This document shows, piece after piece, positions 46,375-56,843 of a stretch of DNA of 64,000 nucleotides. The notes beneath the pieces were generated by a model. It worked only from the letters and a program-made list of their open reading frames with translations. It ran no database searches and was not told the origin of the DNA. The number at the start of each line of letters is the position of its first letter. Position 1 is the stretch's first letter. This stretch comes from Candidatus Minusculum obligatum (GTDB lineage: Bacteria > Patescibacteriota > Minisyncoccia > Phycocordibacterales > Phycocordibacteraceae). Made by a program: the position numbers and the translations under genes. The stretch covers positions 310,769 to 374,768 of the forward strand of contig CP174360.1 of NCBI GenBank assembly GCA_045401155.1. Reading direction: 5' to 3'.

Positions 46375-47670
46375 ATGAATTCGCGCGAAAAACTTATTGT
46401 AAAAGGATTAAACGGAAGAAAAACTCTAGAAGGTGAAGTAACAATTAATGGGGCAAAAAATGCTGCGCTACCTCTTATGGCAGCAGCAATGCTTGCAGAT
46501 GATCCATTTGAAATAAAGGATCTTCCAAATATTAGGGACGTGATTGCAATGAAAGAACTGCTCTCAGGACTTGGTGCGGAAGTATCTCAAAAGGGGAAAG
46601 TGACATCTATTACACCTGCTAAAAAATCAAAAGGAGAACTTGTGGAAGATGTGGCAAAGCGACTGCGTGCATCAATTATTCTCACAGGTCCAATTCTTTC
46701 TCGATATGGGAAGGTTGTATTCCCGCACCCAGGAGGATGCGTGCTTGGATCACGGCCTATTGACCTGTTTTTGGATGCGTATGAAAAGATGGGGGCAACC
46801 GTAGAACACTCAGGGGAGGCATACATTATTTCTGCTCCAAGAGGAGGACTTAAGGGTGCTGATATTTTCTTTAAGACCATGAGTGTTACGGCAACTGAAG
46901 CGCTCATGTTTGCTGCGGTATTTGCAAAAGGAAAGACGGTGCTACATAACGCTGCAATGGAGCCAGAGATTCCATTCCTTGCAGAGTGTTTAAATGCTGC
47001 AGGAGCTAAGATTGAAGGGGCTGGTACACCAACCATTACTATTACGCCTGTAAAGAAAATAAAGCAAAAGAAAGCTTGTCCTGTGCTCCCGGATCGTATT
47101 GAAGCAGGAAGTTTCCTTATTTTGGGTTCACTCTTGGCAAAGAACTTAACTATTAAAAATGTAGTGCCAGAGCATCTACAGATTGTCACTGAACTTTTGA
47201 AAGAGTCTGGTGTTCCAATTGAAGTTGGAAAAAATAGTATTTCAATTGTAAACAATACAAAACCTAACACTTCATTTAAGGCAATTAGCTTTAGGACACA
47301 TGAGTATCCTGGATTTCCCACAGATCTTCAGGCGCCAATGGTAGTCTTCCTCACACAGGTAAAAGGAGAAAGCACGGTTCTAGAGACAGTGTTTGATAAC
47401 CGGTTTAATTTTGTGCAAGACCTTATTCGTATGGGTGCTCGTGTATCTGTGTGGAATCCACATCAGGTTACGGTCTACGGACCATCTAAATTAAAGGCGC
47501 GAAATCTAACAGGTCCAGATATTCGAGCAGGTCTTGCGTACATTATTGCTGCGCTTCTGGCATCAGGGGTAGGTGAGATTGATAATGTCCATCTTATTGA
47601 TCGAGGATACGCAGATATTGAAGGGCGATTATCTGCACTAGGTGCAAATATTACACGAGTAAATTCATGA
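46375..47670 (+). CDS. murA: UDP-N-acetylglucosamine 1-carboxyvinyltransferase
   Basis: GAKNAALP, LRASI, PGGCVLGSRPID, PGFPTDLQ. Confidence 0.96.
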   Translation: MNSREKLIVKGLNGRKTLEGEVTINGAKNAALPLMAAAMLADDPFEIKDLPNIRDVIAMKELLSGLGAEVSQKGKVTSITPAKKSKGELVEDVAKRLRASIILTGPILSRYGKVVFPHPGGCVLGSRPIDLFLDAYEKMGATVEHSGEAYIISAPRGGLKGADIFFKTMSVTATEALMFAAVFAKGKTVLHNAAMEPEIPFLAECLNAAGAKIEGAGTPTITITPVKKIKQKKACPVLPDRIEAGSFLILGSLLAKNLTIKNVVPEHLQIVTELLKESGVPIEVGKNSISIVNNTKPNTSFKAISFRTHEYPGFPTDLQAPMVVFLTQVKGESTVLETVFDNRFNFVQDLIRMGARVSVWNPHQVTVYGPSKLKARNLTGPDIRAGLAYIIAALLASGVGEIDNVHLIDRGYADIEGRLSALGANITRVNS

Positions 47671-48680
47671 GCTACTTCTCGCCAAAGTTAGGAATTGATC
47701 TTGGAACCACAAACATTCTTGTGTATGTACCAGGAAAGGGAGTGGTGTTAAATGAGCCATCTGTTGTTGCAGTATCAGAGCAGAGCAATAAGGTGCTTGC
47801 GATTGGTGCTGAGGCAAAGGAAATGATTGGACGTACGCCAGATGATATTGTTGCGTACCGACCAATGAAAGACGGTGTGATTGCTGATTATCGTGTGACT
47901 GAAGCCATGCTCCGATACTACATGCGTAAGGCGCTTGGCCAGTGGAATTTCTTTAAACCAAACGTGATGATCTCAGTTCCCGCAGGTGTCACGGGCACAG
48001 AGCGTCGCGCTGTTGTAGAAGCTGCGGTTCGTGCAGGAGCTAAGAACGCATACGTGGTGAAGGAGCCAATCTTGGCTGCTATTGGTGCAGGTATTCCTAT
48101 TCAAGAGCCATATGGTCACATGATCGTAGATGCTGGCGGAGGAACCATTGATGCCGCCGTAATTTCTCTTGGAGGAATTGTATGTGCTAATTCAGTAAAG
48201 TGTTCTGGAAATAAACTAGATCATGCAATCATCGATTTTTGTAAGAAAAAATATAACCTTGCTATTGGAGATAAGATGGCTGAGATGATAAAGATTAAAA
48301 TAGGCGCTGCGCTTCCTATGCAGGAGCCACTTGTAATGGAGGTTCGAGGTAGAGACCTGGTATCGGGTCTTCCGCGCACGGTGGAGCTCACAACTAATGA
48401 TGTAGTTGAGGCTCTAAGCAAAGAGCTTCGAGAAATGATTCGTGCAATTAGAACGGTGCTTGAGCAAACCCCTCCAGAGCTTGCGTCAGATATTATTGAT
48501 CGGGGAATTATTATGACAGGAGGGACATCACAGCTGCGTAATTTTCCAGAGCTTGTATATAGAAAGACAGGAGTTAAGGCGCGTCTTGCAAGTGATGCGT
48601 ACTACTGTGTGGTGAAGGGGACCGGTATTGCACTTAAACATTTGGATACATATCAAAGAAGTATTATTTCGAAGCGGTAA
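47667..48680 (+). CDS. mreB: Rod shape-determining protein MreB/Mbl, paralogue 1
   Basis: IDLGTTN, EPSVVA, RPMKDGVIAD, DAGGGT. Confidence 0.93.
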   Translation: MSYFSPKLGIDLGTTNILVYVPGKGVVLNEPSVVAVSEQSNKVLAIGAEAKEMIGRTPDDIVAYRPMKDGVIADYRVTEAMLRYYMRKALGQWNFFKPNVMISVPAGVTGTERRAVVEAAVRAGAKNAYVVKEPILAAIGAGIPIQEPYGHMIVDAGGGTIDAAVISLGGIVCANSVKCSGNKLDHAIIDFCKKKYNLAIGDKMAEMIKIKIGAALPMQEPLVMEVRGRDLVSGLPRTVELTTNDVVEALSKELREMIRAIRTVLEQTPPELASDIIDRGIIMTGGTSQLRNFPELVYRKTGVKARLASDAYYCVVKGTGIALKHLDTYQRSIISKR

Positions 48681-48685
48681 AAGGA

Positions 48686-48713
48686 AAAGGGCGGGTCCAA
48701 AGACTCGCCCTTT
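48686..48713. terminator. Hairpin terminator between convergent genes
   Basis: AAAGGGCGGGTC-CAAA-GACTCGCCCTTT. Confidence 0.8.
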
Positions 48714-48738
48714 CGTATTGCTTTGCTTACGACCTGTT

Positions 48739-49434
48739 TTACCAGGTGCGGCTCACGCTCGCTCCGTAGGTCACGTGATGTGCTTCCGGTCCGGAGGGAT
48801 TGAATCCACCGACAGAAAGCGTGAGTGACCAGTTCTCGAAAGACCGTGTCGTCGAAGCTTCCCATCGTGGAGACGTGTAGTCCGAATCGGTACTGTGCGT
48901 GACGCCCAGAAGCATATTGGTGCTCCAGCTCTCACTGACCGTATGATTCCAGCTCGCGGCGGTGCGCCACAAGTTGGTTTCAATCAGGCCGGTGAGTTGA
49001 TCAGCGCCGAGCATCAGGTTGATGCTGTTGTTGGCGTCGATCTCGATCGTGTCACTCACCGTGGCGCGGAATCGGATGATGTCCGTGCCGGTAAAGTCGA
49101 GGTCGCCGACATTGGGAGTCGGAATATCGAACAACGAGATCGAGGCACTGCAGGAAAGGTTCCCGCACGCGCCTGCCCAGCCGACAGTGTAGTCAACCTC
49201 ACGGCCCTGGACATTTCCATCGAGCGCTTCAGAGCGCCAGTAGTCAAGGAAGAATCCATTCCCGTAGGAGGTAGTGATGCCGCCTTGAAGAACGGGTTCG
49301 TCGTATTGGGTGAAGCCGAACTCCGAGAAGGAGTAATCCGACTTCACACCGACGTAGATCGTGAGTTCTTGAGCGCTCGCTGTCGAGCCAAGAAGCGCAA
49401 CAGCAGCAAGCATGGTAAGGATCGTTTTCATCAC
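48739..49434 (-). CDS. Secreted beta-barrel-like protein resembling the TorF/Gcw_chp putative porin family, GC-rich orphan
   Basis: Signal peptide; SDY...GFTQ.DEPVLQGG...GFFLDYWRS...EVDYTVGW; amphipathic strands; terminal Trp. Confidence 0.65.
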   Translation of the reverse strand: MMKTILTMLAAVALLGSTASAQELTIYVGVKSDYSFSEFGFTQYDEPVLQGGITTSYGNGFFLDYWRSEALDGNVQGREVDYTVGWAGACGNLSCSASISLFDIPTPNVGDLDFTGTDIIRFRATVSDTIEIDANNSINLMLGADQLTGLIETNLWRTAASWNHTVSESWSTNMLLGVTHSTDSDYTSPRWEASTTRSFENWSLTLSVGGFNPSGPEAHHVTYGASVSRTW

Positions 49435-49516
49435 ATCCCCCTTTCTATATGGTCTGATGAATTGTTAATATTATAACATAAAATACATAAAAATCAATAT
49501 ATAGTAGAATGGTCAT

Positions 49517-50137
49517 ATGCATCACGCACTACTATACATACAGCCTTTTAATACGTGTGAAGAGTGTATTTCTTCACTACAAAAAGAACTTTCTGTAGAT
49601 GCTGCAGATACACGTGTATTTAAGAATGAAAAGTTTTTAGTAGATGATGCACGAGATCTCGTGCGCGCTATTTCAATGACACCAATGGTCGGGGAGAAAA
49701 CTCTTACTGTTGTGGCTGCAGAAAAAATAGATAGAGAGGCACAAAACGCGCTTTTGAAAGTCGCGGAAGAGCCACCAGTATTTGCACACATTGCACTCAT
49801 GCTTCCGAGTGAAGATATGGTGCTTCCCACACTTCTTTCACGGTTTGTGCGTGTAGATAGTAATAATGTAAAGCAAGACCTTTCCTTAGCTAAAGAGTTT
49901 TTGGCAGGATCTACTGCTTCTCGACAGAAATTAACTACAAAGATAGTGAAAGATAAAGATCACGCTGCTGCTAAGAAGCTAATACATGAATGTGAAGTTA
50001 TTTTAGGGAAAAATGTAGAAGAATATAAAGAGCATCTTTCTGATCTTGTGGCATTTCATCAGTATATTGAGCAGCGAGGTGCGAGTATTAAATTTATGCT
50101 TGAGCACATGGCCCTATCTCTTCCACAAGTAAAGTAG
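49517..50137 (+). CDS. holB: DNA polymerase III delta'-like subunit, truncated
   Basis: VDDARDL, EAQNALLKVAEEPP, LPTLLSR. Confidence 0.75.
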   Translation: MHHALLYIQPFNTCEECISSLQKELSVDAADTRVFKNEKFLVDDARDLVRAISMTPMVGEKTLTVVAAEKIDREAQNALLKVAEEPPVFAHIALMLPSEDMVLPTLLSRFVRVDSNNVKQDLSLAKEFLAGSTASRQKLTTKIVKDKDHAAAKKLIHECEVILGKNVEEYKEHLSDLVAFHQYIEQRGASIKFMLEHMALSLPQVK

Positions 50138-50159
50138 ATCATGCTACAATCATCTCACT

Positions 50160-50699
50160 ATGGATGAACTCAAAACAAATATTGAAGAGACAAAGAAATG
50201 GCTTGTTAAAGAGCTTTCAGGTGTACGTACAGGGCGTGCAGCTCCGCAGCTCCTTGAGAATGTGCGTGTAGAAGCATATGGAGTAGCAACACCTTTATCA
50301 CAGGTCGCAACAGTTGGTGTAGAAGACGCAAAAACACTCGTAGTATCCCCATGGGATAAAGATCATATTAAGGGTATCGAGAAGGCAATTTCAGATGCTG
50401 ATCTTGGTGTGTCCACACAGGCAGGAGATGTAAGCGTACGTGTGATGTTTCCAGATCTTACACAAGAGCGACGAGACATGTTGCTAAAATTGGTTGGAGA
50501 CCGTCTTGAGCAAGCAAAAGTTACGCTTCGTGGTGCTCGAAATGAGGCGATTGATGTATATGAAAAACAAGAAAAGGACGGAGAGATAAGCGAAGATGCA
50601 CTATTTAAAGCAAAAGAAGATATTCAAAAGCTTATTGAGGCAGGGACTAAGGAGCTTGAGGCATTAGCAGAGAAGAAGCGAGAAGAAGTTAAATCATAA
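50160..50699 (+). CDS. frr: Ribosome recycling factor
   Basis: VRTGRA, VEAYG, PWDK, PDLTQERR. Confidence 0.95.
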   Translation: MDELKTNIEETKKWLVKELSGVRTGRAAPQLLENVRVEAYGVATPLSQVATVGVEDAKTLVVSPWDKDHIKGIEKAISDADLGVSTQAGDVSVRVMFPDLTQERRDMLLKLVGDRLEQAKVTLRGARNEAIDVYEKQEKDGEISEDALFKAKEDIQKLIEAGTKELEALAEKKREEVKS

Positions 50700-51784
50700 T
50701 GGGAGTCCTACTTTTTATTGTTGTTCTTGTTGCGCTTATTGTTGTTCATGAATTTGGGCACTTTATTGCAGCAAAGATCTCAAAGATGCGTGTTGATGAA
50801 TTTGGTTTGGGATATCCGCCAAAGCTTTTTGGTAAGAAGATAGGAGAGACTGAGTACACGCTAAATGCGCTTCCATTTGGAGGGTTTGTAAAAATCCACG
50901 GAGAAGATATGGATATGGTAGAGGAAGATCATGCGCGTGCATTTGCAAGTCGTCCACGAATTTTACAGGCTTTTGTGCTAATTGCAGGAGTCGCAATGAA
51001 TGTACTTGTTGCATGGATTCTTCTAGTTGGAGTGTTGGCATCAGGAGCTCCTCGTGCACTTACACCAGAGCAGGTTCCATTGGCTGAGAATGTAGCACTC
51101 ACTGTTACATATGTAGTGCCTGGAACTCCAGCAGATGAAGCGGGACTCTCAGCAGGAGACGTACTTACCAATGGGGTATATGGAGAGGTGTCATTCTCTG
51201 GGACAGATGTAGATTCATTTGTGTCATTTGTGGGAGGCGCTGTGGGGGAAGAAGTTTCACTTACATTTTTAAGAAATGGAGAAGAACAAATGATTTCAAT
51301 TGTTCCTGAAGAGGGAATTGTAGAGGGGCAAGGTGCTGTTGGCGTGGGGCTCGCACAGATTGGAGAAATATCAGTGCCGTTACAGCAAACATTTGTTGAA
51401 TCATTTGTAGTTACGGGGACGCTTCTAAAAGACATTACGATCGGTATTGTTACGTTCTTGTATCAGGCATTTACATTCTCTGCGGACTTCTCTCAAGTTG
51501 CAGGGCCAGTTGGTATTGCAGGAGTGGTAGCTGATGCGGGAGAGAATGGCATCATTCCACTTCTTTCGCTTACCGCGCTTATTTCTCTTAATCTTGCAGT
51601 GATTAATATGCTTCCAGTGCCAGCACTTGATGGGGGGCGGCTGCTGTTTGTTGCAATCGAGTCTATTATAAGGCGGCCTCTTCCAAAACAGTTTGCGCAG
51701 ACTGCAAATGCAATTGGATTTTTATTGCTCATTCTTTTGATGATTGTGGTTACGGTAAGTGATATAGGAAAGCTTTTGGGGTAA
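50699..51784 (+). CDS. rseP: Site-2 (RIP) metalloprotease with PDZ domain
   Basis: HEFGH, LPFGGFV, NMLPVPALDGG. Confidence 0.94.
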   Translation: MGVLLFIVVLVALIVVHEFGHFIAAKISKMRVDEFGLGYPPKLFGKKIGETEYTLNALPFGGFVKIHGEDMDMVEEDHARAFASRPRILQAFVLIAGVAMNVLVAWILLVGVLASGAPRALTPEQVPLAENVALTVTYVVPGTPADEAGLSAGDVLTNGVYGEVSFSGTDVDSFVSFVGGAVGEEVSLTFLRNGEEQMISIVPEEGIVEGQGAVGVGLAQIGEISVPLQQTFVESFVVTGTLLKDITIGIVTFLYQAFTFSADFSQVAGPVGIAGVVADAGENGIIPLLSLTALISLNLAVINMLPVPALDGGRLLFVAIESIIRRPLPKQFAQTANAIGFLLLILLMIVVTVSDIGKLLG

Positions 51785-51832
51785 ATAATAGGTATTTGCT
51801 CATATATCTTTACTCCCATATAATGAGTGCTA

Positions 51833-53068
51833 ATGCGACAAAGTACTCTAATTTCAAAGACACGTAAGGAAGCCCCAAAAGACGAGGAAGCAAAGAATGC
51901 ACAGCTACTTATTCGTGCAGGATATGTACACAAGGAGATGGCGGGAGCGTACACCTTCTTACCTCTAGGGTGGCGCGTACTACAAAATATTGAGCGGATT
52001 ATCCGTGAAGAAATGGATAAGGTTGGTGGACAGGAACTACACCTTACTGCACTTCAAAATAAAGAGATTTGGGAAGAGAGTAATCGGTGGAGTGATGAAG
52101 TTGTTGATGTGTGGTTTAAGGCACAGCTTAAGGCAGGTGGTGAGGTTGGGTTTGCGCCAACGCATGAGGAGCCGCTTACAAATCTTCTGACAGATCACAT
52201 TTCAAGCTACAAGGATCTTCCTCGGTACGCGTATCAAATTCAAACAAAGTTTAGAAACGAACTTCGCGCAAAGAGTGGATTGCTTCGTGGACGAGAGTTT
52301 CGAATGAAAGACCTTTATTCATTCTCAAAGAATGAAGAAGAGCATGAAGTTTTTTATGAAAAGATGAAAGAAGCGTATATGAATGTATTCACGCGTCTTG
52401 GTATTGGAGACCGTACGTTTATTACCTTTGCGTCAGGAGGAAGTTTTGCAGAGTTCTCACATGAGTTTCAGATGGTTACAGAGGCTGGAGAGGATACCAT
52501 CTACCTAGATGAAGATAAGAAGGTTGCGGTAAATGATGAAGTGTATACAGATGAGGTGCTTGAGAAGCTTTCTCTTTCTAAAGATTCACTAAAGGAGGTG
52601 CGGGCATCTGAGGTTGGAAATATCTTTTCTCTAGGAACTCGTTTTTCTTTACCACTTAAGCTTATGTATAAGGATGAAAGTGGAGAAGCAAAGCCTGTTG
52701 TGATGGGTTCATACGGCATTGGCTCATCTCGTCTTGTGGGAGCTATTGCAGAGGCATTGGGGGATGAGAAGGGGCTTGTGTGGCCAAAGGAGATTTCTCC
52801 ATTTGATATCCATCTTGTACAGCTACAAGATGAAGTCTCTGCGGAAGCTGAGAAAATGTACAATACGCTTATCGAAAAAGGATACAGTGTGCTTTGGGAT
52901 GATAGGGATAAGGGTGCTGGAGAGAAGTTCGCAGATGCTGATCTTATTGGTATCAGTAAGCGTGTTGTGGTGAGTAAGCGAGGAGTCGAAAATGGGGTGT
53001 ATGAGGTTGTAGATCGAGTTACGGGAGAAACTGCCGAAATGAAAGAGGAGGAAGTATGGACTATTTAA
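51833..53068 (+). CDS. proS: Proline--tRNA ligase (short form, no editing insertion)
   Basis: PTHEE, KFRNELRAKSGLLRGREFRMKDLYSF, MGSYGIG. Confidence 0.95.
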   Translation: MRQSTLISKTRKEAPKDEEAKNAQLLIRAGYVHKEMAGAYTFLPLGWRVLQNIERIIREEMDKVGGQELHLTALQNKEIWEESNRWSDEVVDVWFKAQLKAGGEVGFAPTHEEPLTNLLTDHISSYKDLPRYAYQIQTKFRNELRAKSGLLRGREFRMKDLYSFSKNEEEHEVFYEKMKEAYMNVFTRLGIGDRTFITFASGGSFAEFSHEFQMVTEAGEDTIYLDEDKKVAVNDEVYTDEVLEKLSLSKDSLKEVRASEVGNIFSLGTRFSLPLKLMYKDESGEAKPVVMGSYGIGSSRLVGAIAEALGDEKGLVWPKEISPFDIHLVQLQDEVSAEAEKMYNTLIEKGYSVLWDDRDKGAGEKFADADLIGISKRVVVSKRGVENGVYEVVDRVTGETAEMKEEEVWTI

Positions 53069-54117
53069 AAAAAGCATTTAACGGACTGTTTGGAAACGAC
53101 ATTGGAATAGACTTGGGTACTGCAAACACCTTGGTATATGTTCGTGGTAAGGGGATTTTAATAAATGAACCATCTGTAGTTGCAGTAAATGAGAAGACCG
53201 GGCAGGTGGTAGCAGTTGGTGTTGAGGCGCGTAATATGATCGGGCGCACACCGCCACATATTAAGGCTATTAGACCATTGCAAGATGGTGTTATTTCAGA
53301 CTTTGAGGTGGCAGAAGAAATGCTTGCATATTTTATTGATAAGGCACAAGGAGATGGTCGGAGACTCTTTGGTCCACGTGTGGTAATTGGTATTCCATCT
53401 GGCATTACCAATGTGGAGAGTCGTGCGGTACGTGATGCTGCAATTAATGCGGGTGCACGAGAAGTGCATATTGTAGAGGAGCCGATGGCAGGAGCAATTG
53501 GCGCAAAGCTTCCTATACGAGATCCTGTTGGAACCATGGTGATTGATATTGGTGGAGGAACCACAGACATTGCCATGATTTCTCTTGGAGGGATTGTTGC
53601 CTCAAAGCAAAGCACAATTGCAGGAGATACATTTAATCGAGATATTGTCGATTACATTCGAGATGAGTTTAAGATGATCATAGGAGACAAGACTGCTGAA
53701 GATCTTAAAGTAAAGGTTACAAGTCTTGTTCCTACAGAAGAAGCGCTTTCTATGACTGTTCGTGGGCGAGATATTTTGACTGGACTTCCACGGGAAGTAG
53801 TTATTACGGATACGCACATTAGGAGCGCGCTCGGGCCTTCTATTGAGAGCTTGATGGAGGTGATTCGAGAAGTGGTGGAGGTAACGCCTCCTGAGGTGTT
53901 GGGGGATATTATGCAGCGCGGGGCCTATGTGTTTGGGGGTGGCGCGTGTGTACGCGGGCTTCCAAAGATGTTGCAGAGTGTGCTTGGCGTGCCCGTGCAT
54001 GTTGTTGAGGAGCCACTTACTGCGGTAGTACGAGGTACTGGTATCATTACAGAGAACGTAAAAGAGTATAAGGATATTGTATTAGCACATGAAGAAGACT
54101 TGGCGCCGAAAACATAG
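53056..54117 (+). CDS. mreB: Rod shape-determining protein MreB, paralogue 2
   Basis: GIDLGTANT, PLQDGVISDF, DIGGGTT; upstream of mreC. Confidence 0.95.
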   Translation: MDYLKKAFNGLFGNDIGIDLGTANTLVYVRGKGILINEPSVVAVNEKTGQVVAVGVEARNMIGRTPPHIKAIRPLQDGVISDFEVAEEMLAYFIDKAQGDGRRLFGPRVVIGIPSGITNVESRAVRDAAINAGAREVHIVEEPMAGAIGAKLPIRDPVGTMVIDIGGGTTDIAMISLGGIVASKQSTIAGDTFNRDIVDYIRDEFKMIIGDKTAEDLKVKVTSLVPTEEALSMTVRGRDILTGLPREVVITDTHIRSALGPSIESLMEVIREVVEVTPPEVLGDIMQRGAYVFGGGACVRGLPKMLQSVLGVPVHVVEEPLTAVVRGTGIITENVKEYKDIVLAHEEDLAPKT

Positions 54118-54883
54118 TCCAATTTCTATCCCGCCGTTTTTTATAATTACGGGATTAGTATTTTTAATAGGATGGGGGACTGTCTCAGCTCTTTCTCATA
54201 CACGACCAGGCTTTTTGGAAAGTATTTTTGCAAAAAGTACGGTGGTGCAAACAAGTACCGCAAGTGCAAGTCAAAGCTTCTTTTCTTTTTTTAAAGACAA
54301 AAGTGATTTAGAAGCAAAAATTAAACGTTTAGAAGATAACGAATTGGCATTGCAATTGCAGCTACAAATTAGTTCATATACAGAAGAAGAGAACAAAGAC
54401 CTTCGAGAGCTTCTAGGGTATCAAAAGGATGATGGAGTGCTTGGAAGCGTGCTTGCGTGGCCACCAAAGACAGCGTATGACACGCTATTGCTTGAGGTTG
54501 GCAAGCCTGTATCTGTTGGAGATTTAGTATTGGGACGAGGAGTTGCGCCTATTGGTACGATAGAGCGTATAGAAGGGTCATATGCGTATGTGCGCCTATT
54601 TACGCACGGAGGTGCAGAAGTACAGGTACGCGTGGGTTCTGAGTACATTCCACTTACTATGGTTGGAATGGGTGGGGGTGCTGCGGTTATTAATGCACCT
54701 AAAGATATTAGTGTGACCACGGGAGATTCTGTATTTTTCCCATATAGTGGAAATACAATTATGGGACGAGTGGGTGCAATTGAAACAGATTCACAATCAC
54801 CAAATCAAAAGCTGTGGTTAGCATTTCCAAAGCACTTTTATGCATATACGTGGGTGAGTGTAGTTCCATATCAAAATATATGA
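54089..54883 (+). CDS. mreC: Rod shape-determining protein MreC
   Basis: TM helix, coiled coil ENKDLRELL, beta domain; position after mreB. Confidence 0.8.
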   Translation: MKKTWRRKHSPISIPPFFIITGLVFLIGWGTVSALSHTRPGFLESIFAKSTVVQTSTASASQSFFSFFKDKSDLEAKIKRLEDNELALQLQLQISSYTEEENKDLRELLGYQKDDGVLGSVLAWPPKTAYDTLLLEVGKPVSVGDLVLGRGVAPIGTIERIEGSYAYVRLFTHGGAEVQVRVGSEYIPLTMVGMGGGAAVINAPKDISVTTGDSVFFPYSGNTIMGRVGAIETDSQSPNQKLWLAFPKHFYAYTWVSVVPYQNI

Positions 54884-55122
54884 AGTATGTAGGGGCAGGT
54901 GTTGTAATGGCATTAGGATTTCTTTTTTTGCCATGGTGGGCAACTTATCTTTTAGGAGTGCTCATGCTTATTTTTGTACCAGGCTATGTGCCTCTTGTAT
55001 TTATTATTCTTTTAGATTTTTTCTCATTGCCGCAAGAATTCCCGTACGCATCAGTTATATTTCTAATCTTTATGGGGGTAGGTTACGTCATTAAGGACAG
55101 AATGTTTGATGGTGTAGTATAG
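54880..55122 (+). CDS. Small membrane protein at the mreD position
   Basis: Hydrophobic ORF overlapping the mreC stop (ATGA). Confidence 0.65.
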   Translation: MKYVGAGVVMALGFLFLPWWATYLLGVLMLIFVPGYVPLVFIILLDFFSLPQEFPYASVIFLIFMGVGYVIKDRMFDGVV

Positions 55123-55128
55123 GAGTGT

Positions 55129-56817
55129 ATGGCACGTGGGAGAATTACACGGAGGGTAGATTTTGAAATTGAACCAGATGAGGTGCTTTTGGATGCATCC
55201 AATCTTCCACATTTTGATACAAATCAATTTCAGGGACGCATTATTGCTCCCATCGAGAAACGATCACTTGTGACGTTTGGGATTGGAGCTGCACTCGTAT
55301 TTATTATCTTGATAGGAGAACTCTTTAGTCTGCAGGTATCACATGGAGAAGAGCACGCACTACGGAGTGAGAGTAATAGGCTAGAGCAATCTATTTTATT
55401 TGCAACACGAGGCGTTGTCTTTGATCGAAATGGGGAAGAGCTCATCTCAAATGTAGATGATGGTGAGACGTTTAGCGCAAGAGAGTACAGGTCTCCTGGG
55501 TTTGGTCATTTACTCGGATATGTCACATATCCCAAAAAAGACTCCGCAGGATTTTACTTTTCAACAGAGATTGAAGGAGTTTCTGGCCTGGAGGCTGTGT
55601 TAGATGAAAGACTGCAGGGGGAAAATGGCTTAGTGTTAGTTGAAAGTACTGCCCGTGGAGAGGTTCGTTCTAGTGAGGCTGTGCTAAAGCCAATTAATGG
55701 AGAGAATGTGACGCTTAGTATTGATGCACGTATACAAGAGAGTCTGTACACACATATAAAAACATTGGCAGATCAAATTCCGTTTCGAGGAGGTGCAGGT
55801 ATCATAATGGATATACATACGGGGGAGGTTTTAGCTCTCACAAACTATCCGGAATATGACCCAAATGTTCTTGCCGCGGGGGATGATAGGGATACGATTG
55901 TCTCATATCAAAATGATTCTCGTAAACCATATCTAAACAGAGCAATTTCAGGACTCTTTGCGCCTGGGTCTGTGGTAAAACCGTTTGTGGCAATTGCGGC
56001 ACTTGAAGAAAATGTTGTAGACATTACAGATACGTTTTTGAGCACAGGTCAGATTAGTATCCCAAATCCATATTTTCCAGATCAACCAACTATTTTCAGG
56101 GACTGGAAGGCACACGGGTATGTAAATGTGGTGCGCGCGCTTGCAGTTTCTTCAAACGTATACTTTTACATTGTGGGAGGAGGGTATAACGGCCAAGAAG
56201 GTCTTGGAATCGATCGACTCGCGTCTTGGTTCTCTAAGTTTGAGTTTAATAAACCAACCGGGATTGGGCTTAATAACGAAGCAACAGGATTTATTCCAAC
56301 GCCAGCTTGGAAAAAAGAAACATTTGGAGAGGATTGGAGAATTGGAGACACATACTATACGGCTATTGGGCAGTACGCAGTACAGACAACTCCAATTGCA
56401 ATGGTCCGTGCGGTTGCTGCAATTGCAAATGGTGGAGATTTAGTCACGCCAACAGTACTCAAGGGAGAAATCGGTCCCAAGAAGCACATTTCATTTAGTG
56501 AAGAGACACGACAGATTGTTATTTCTGGAATGAAGGAGGTGGTAAATAATTCAGAAGTTGGTACTGCACGAGGTGTAAAAAACAATCATGTGTCAGTTGC
56601 AGCAAAGACAGGAACTGCACAGGTTGGAAATAATAACTCCCTTCACAATGCATGGATTGAAGGGTATTTCCCAGTAGAAAACCCCAAATATGCCTTTGTG
56701 GTAGTTATGGAGCGGGGGCCAAGCAGTAACTTAATTGGTGCGGTGTCAGTGATGCGAAATGTGTTGGAAGATATAGCGATTTCAGCACCTGAGTATTTCA
56801 CAGTTGACGGAGAGTAA
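55129..56817 (+). CDS. mrdA: Penicillin-binding protein 2
   Basis: PGSVVK, SSN, KTGTAQ. Confidence 0.92.
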   Translation: MARGRITRRVDFEIEPDEVLLDASNLPHFDTNQFQGRIIAPIEKRSLVTFGIGAALVFIILIGELFSLQVSHGEEHALRSESNRLEQSILFATRGVVFDRNGEELISNVDDGETFSAREYRSPGFGHLLGYVTYPKKDSAGFYFSTEIEGVSGLEAVLDERLQGENGLVLVESTARGEVRSSEAVLKPINGENVTLSIDARIQESLYTHIKTLADQIPFRGGAGIIMDIHTGEVLALTNYPEYDPNVLAAGDDRDTIVSYQNDSRKPYLNRAISGLFAPGSVVKPFVAIAALEENVVDITDTFLSTGQISIPNPYFPDQPTIFRDWKAHGYVNVVRALAVSSNVYFYIVGGGYNGQEGLGIDRLASWFSKFEFNKPTGIGLNNEATGFIPTPAWKKETFGEDWRIGDTYYTAIGQYAVQTTPIAMVRAVAAIANGGDLVTPTVLKGEIGPKKHISFSEETRQIVISGMKEVVNNSEVGTARGVKNNHVSVAAKTGTAQVGNNNSLHNAWIEGYFPVENPKYAFVVVMERGPSSNLIGAVSVMRNVLEDIAISAPEYFTVDGE

Positions 56818-56843
56818 ATGATGCGTAGAATAGTGGGAACTTC

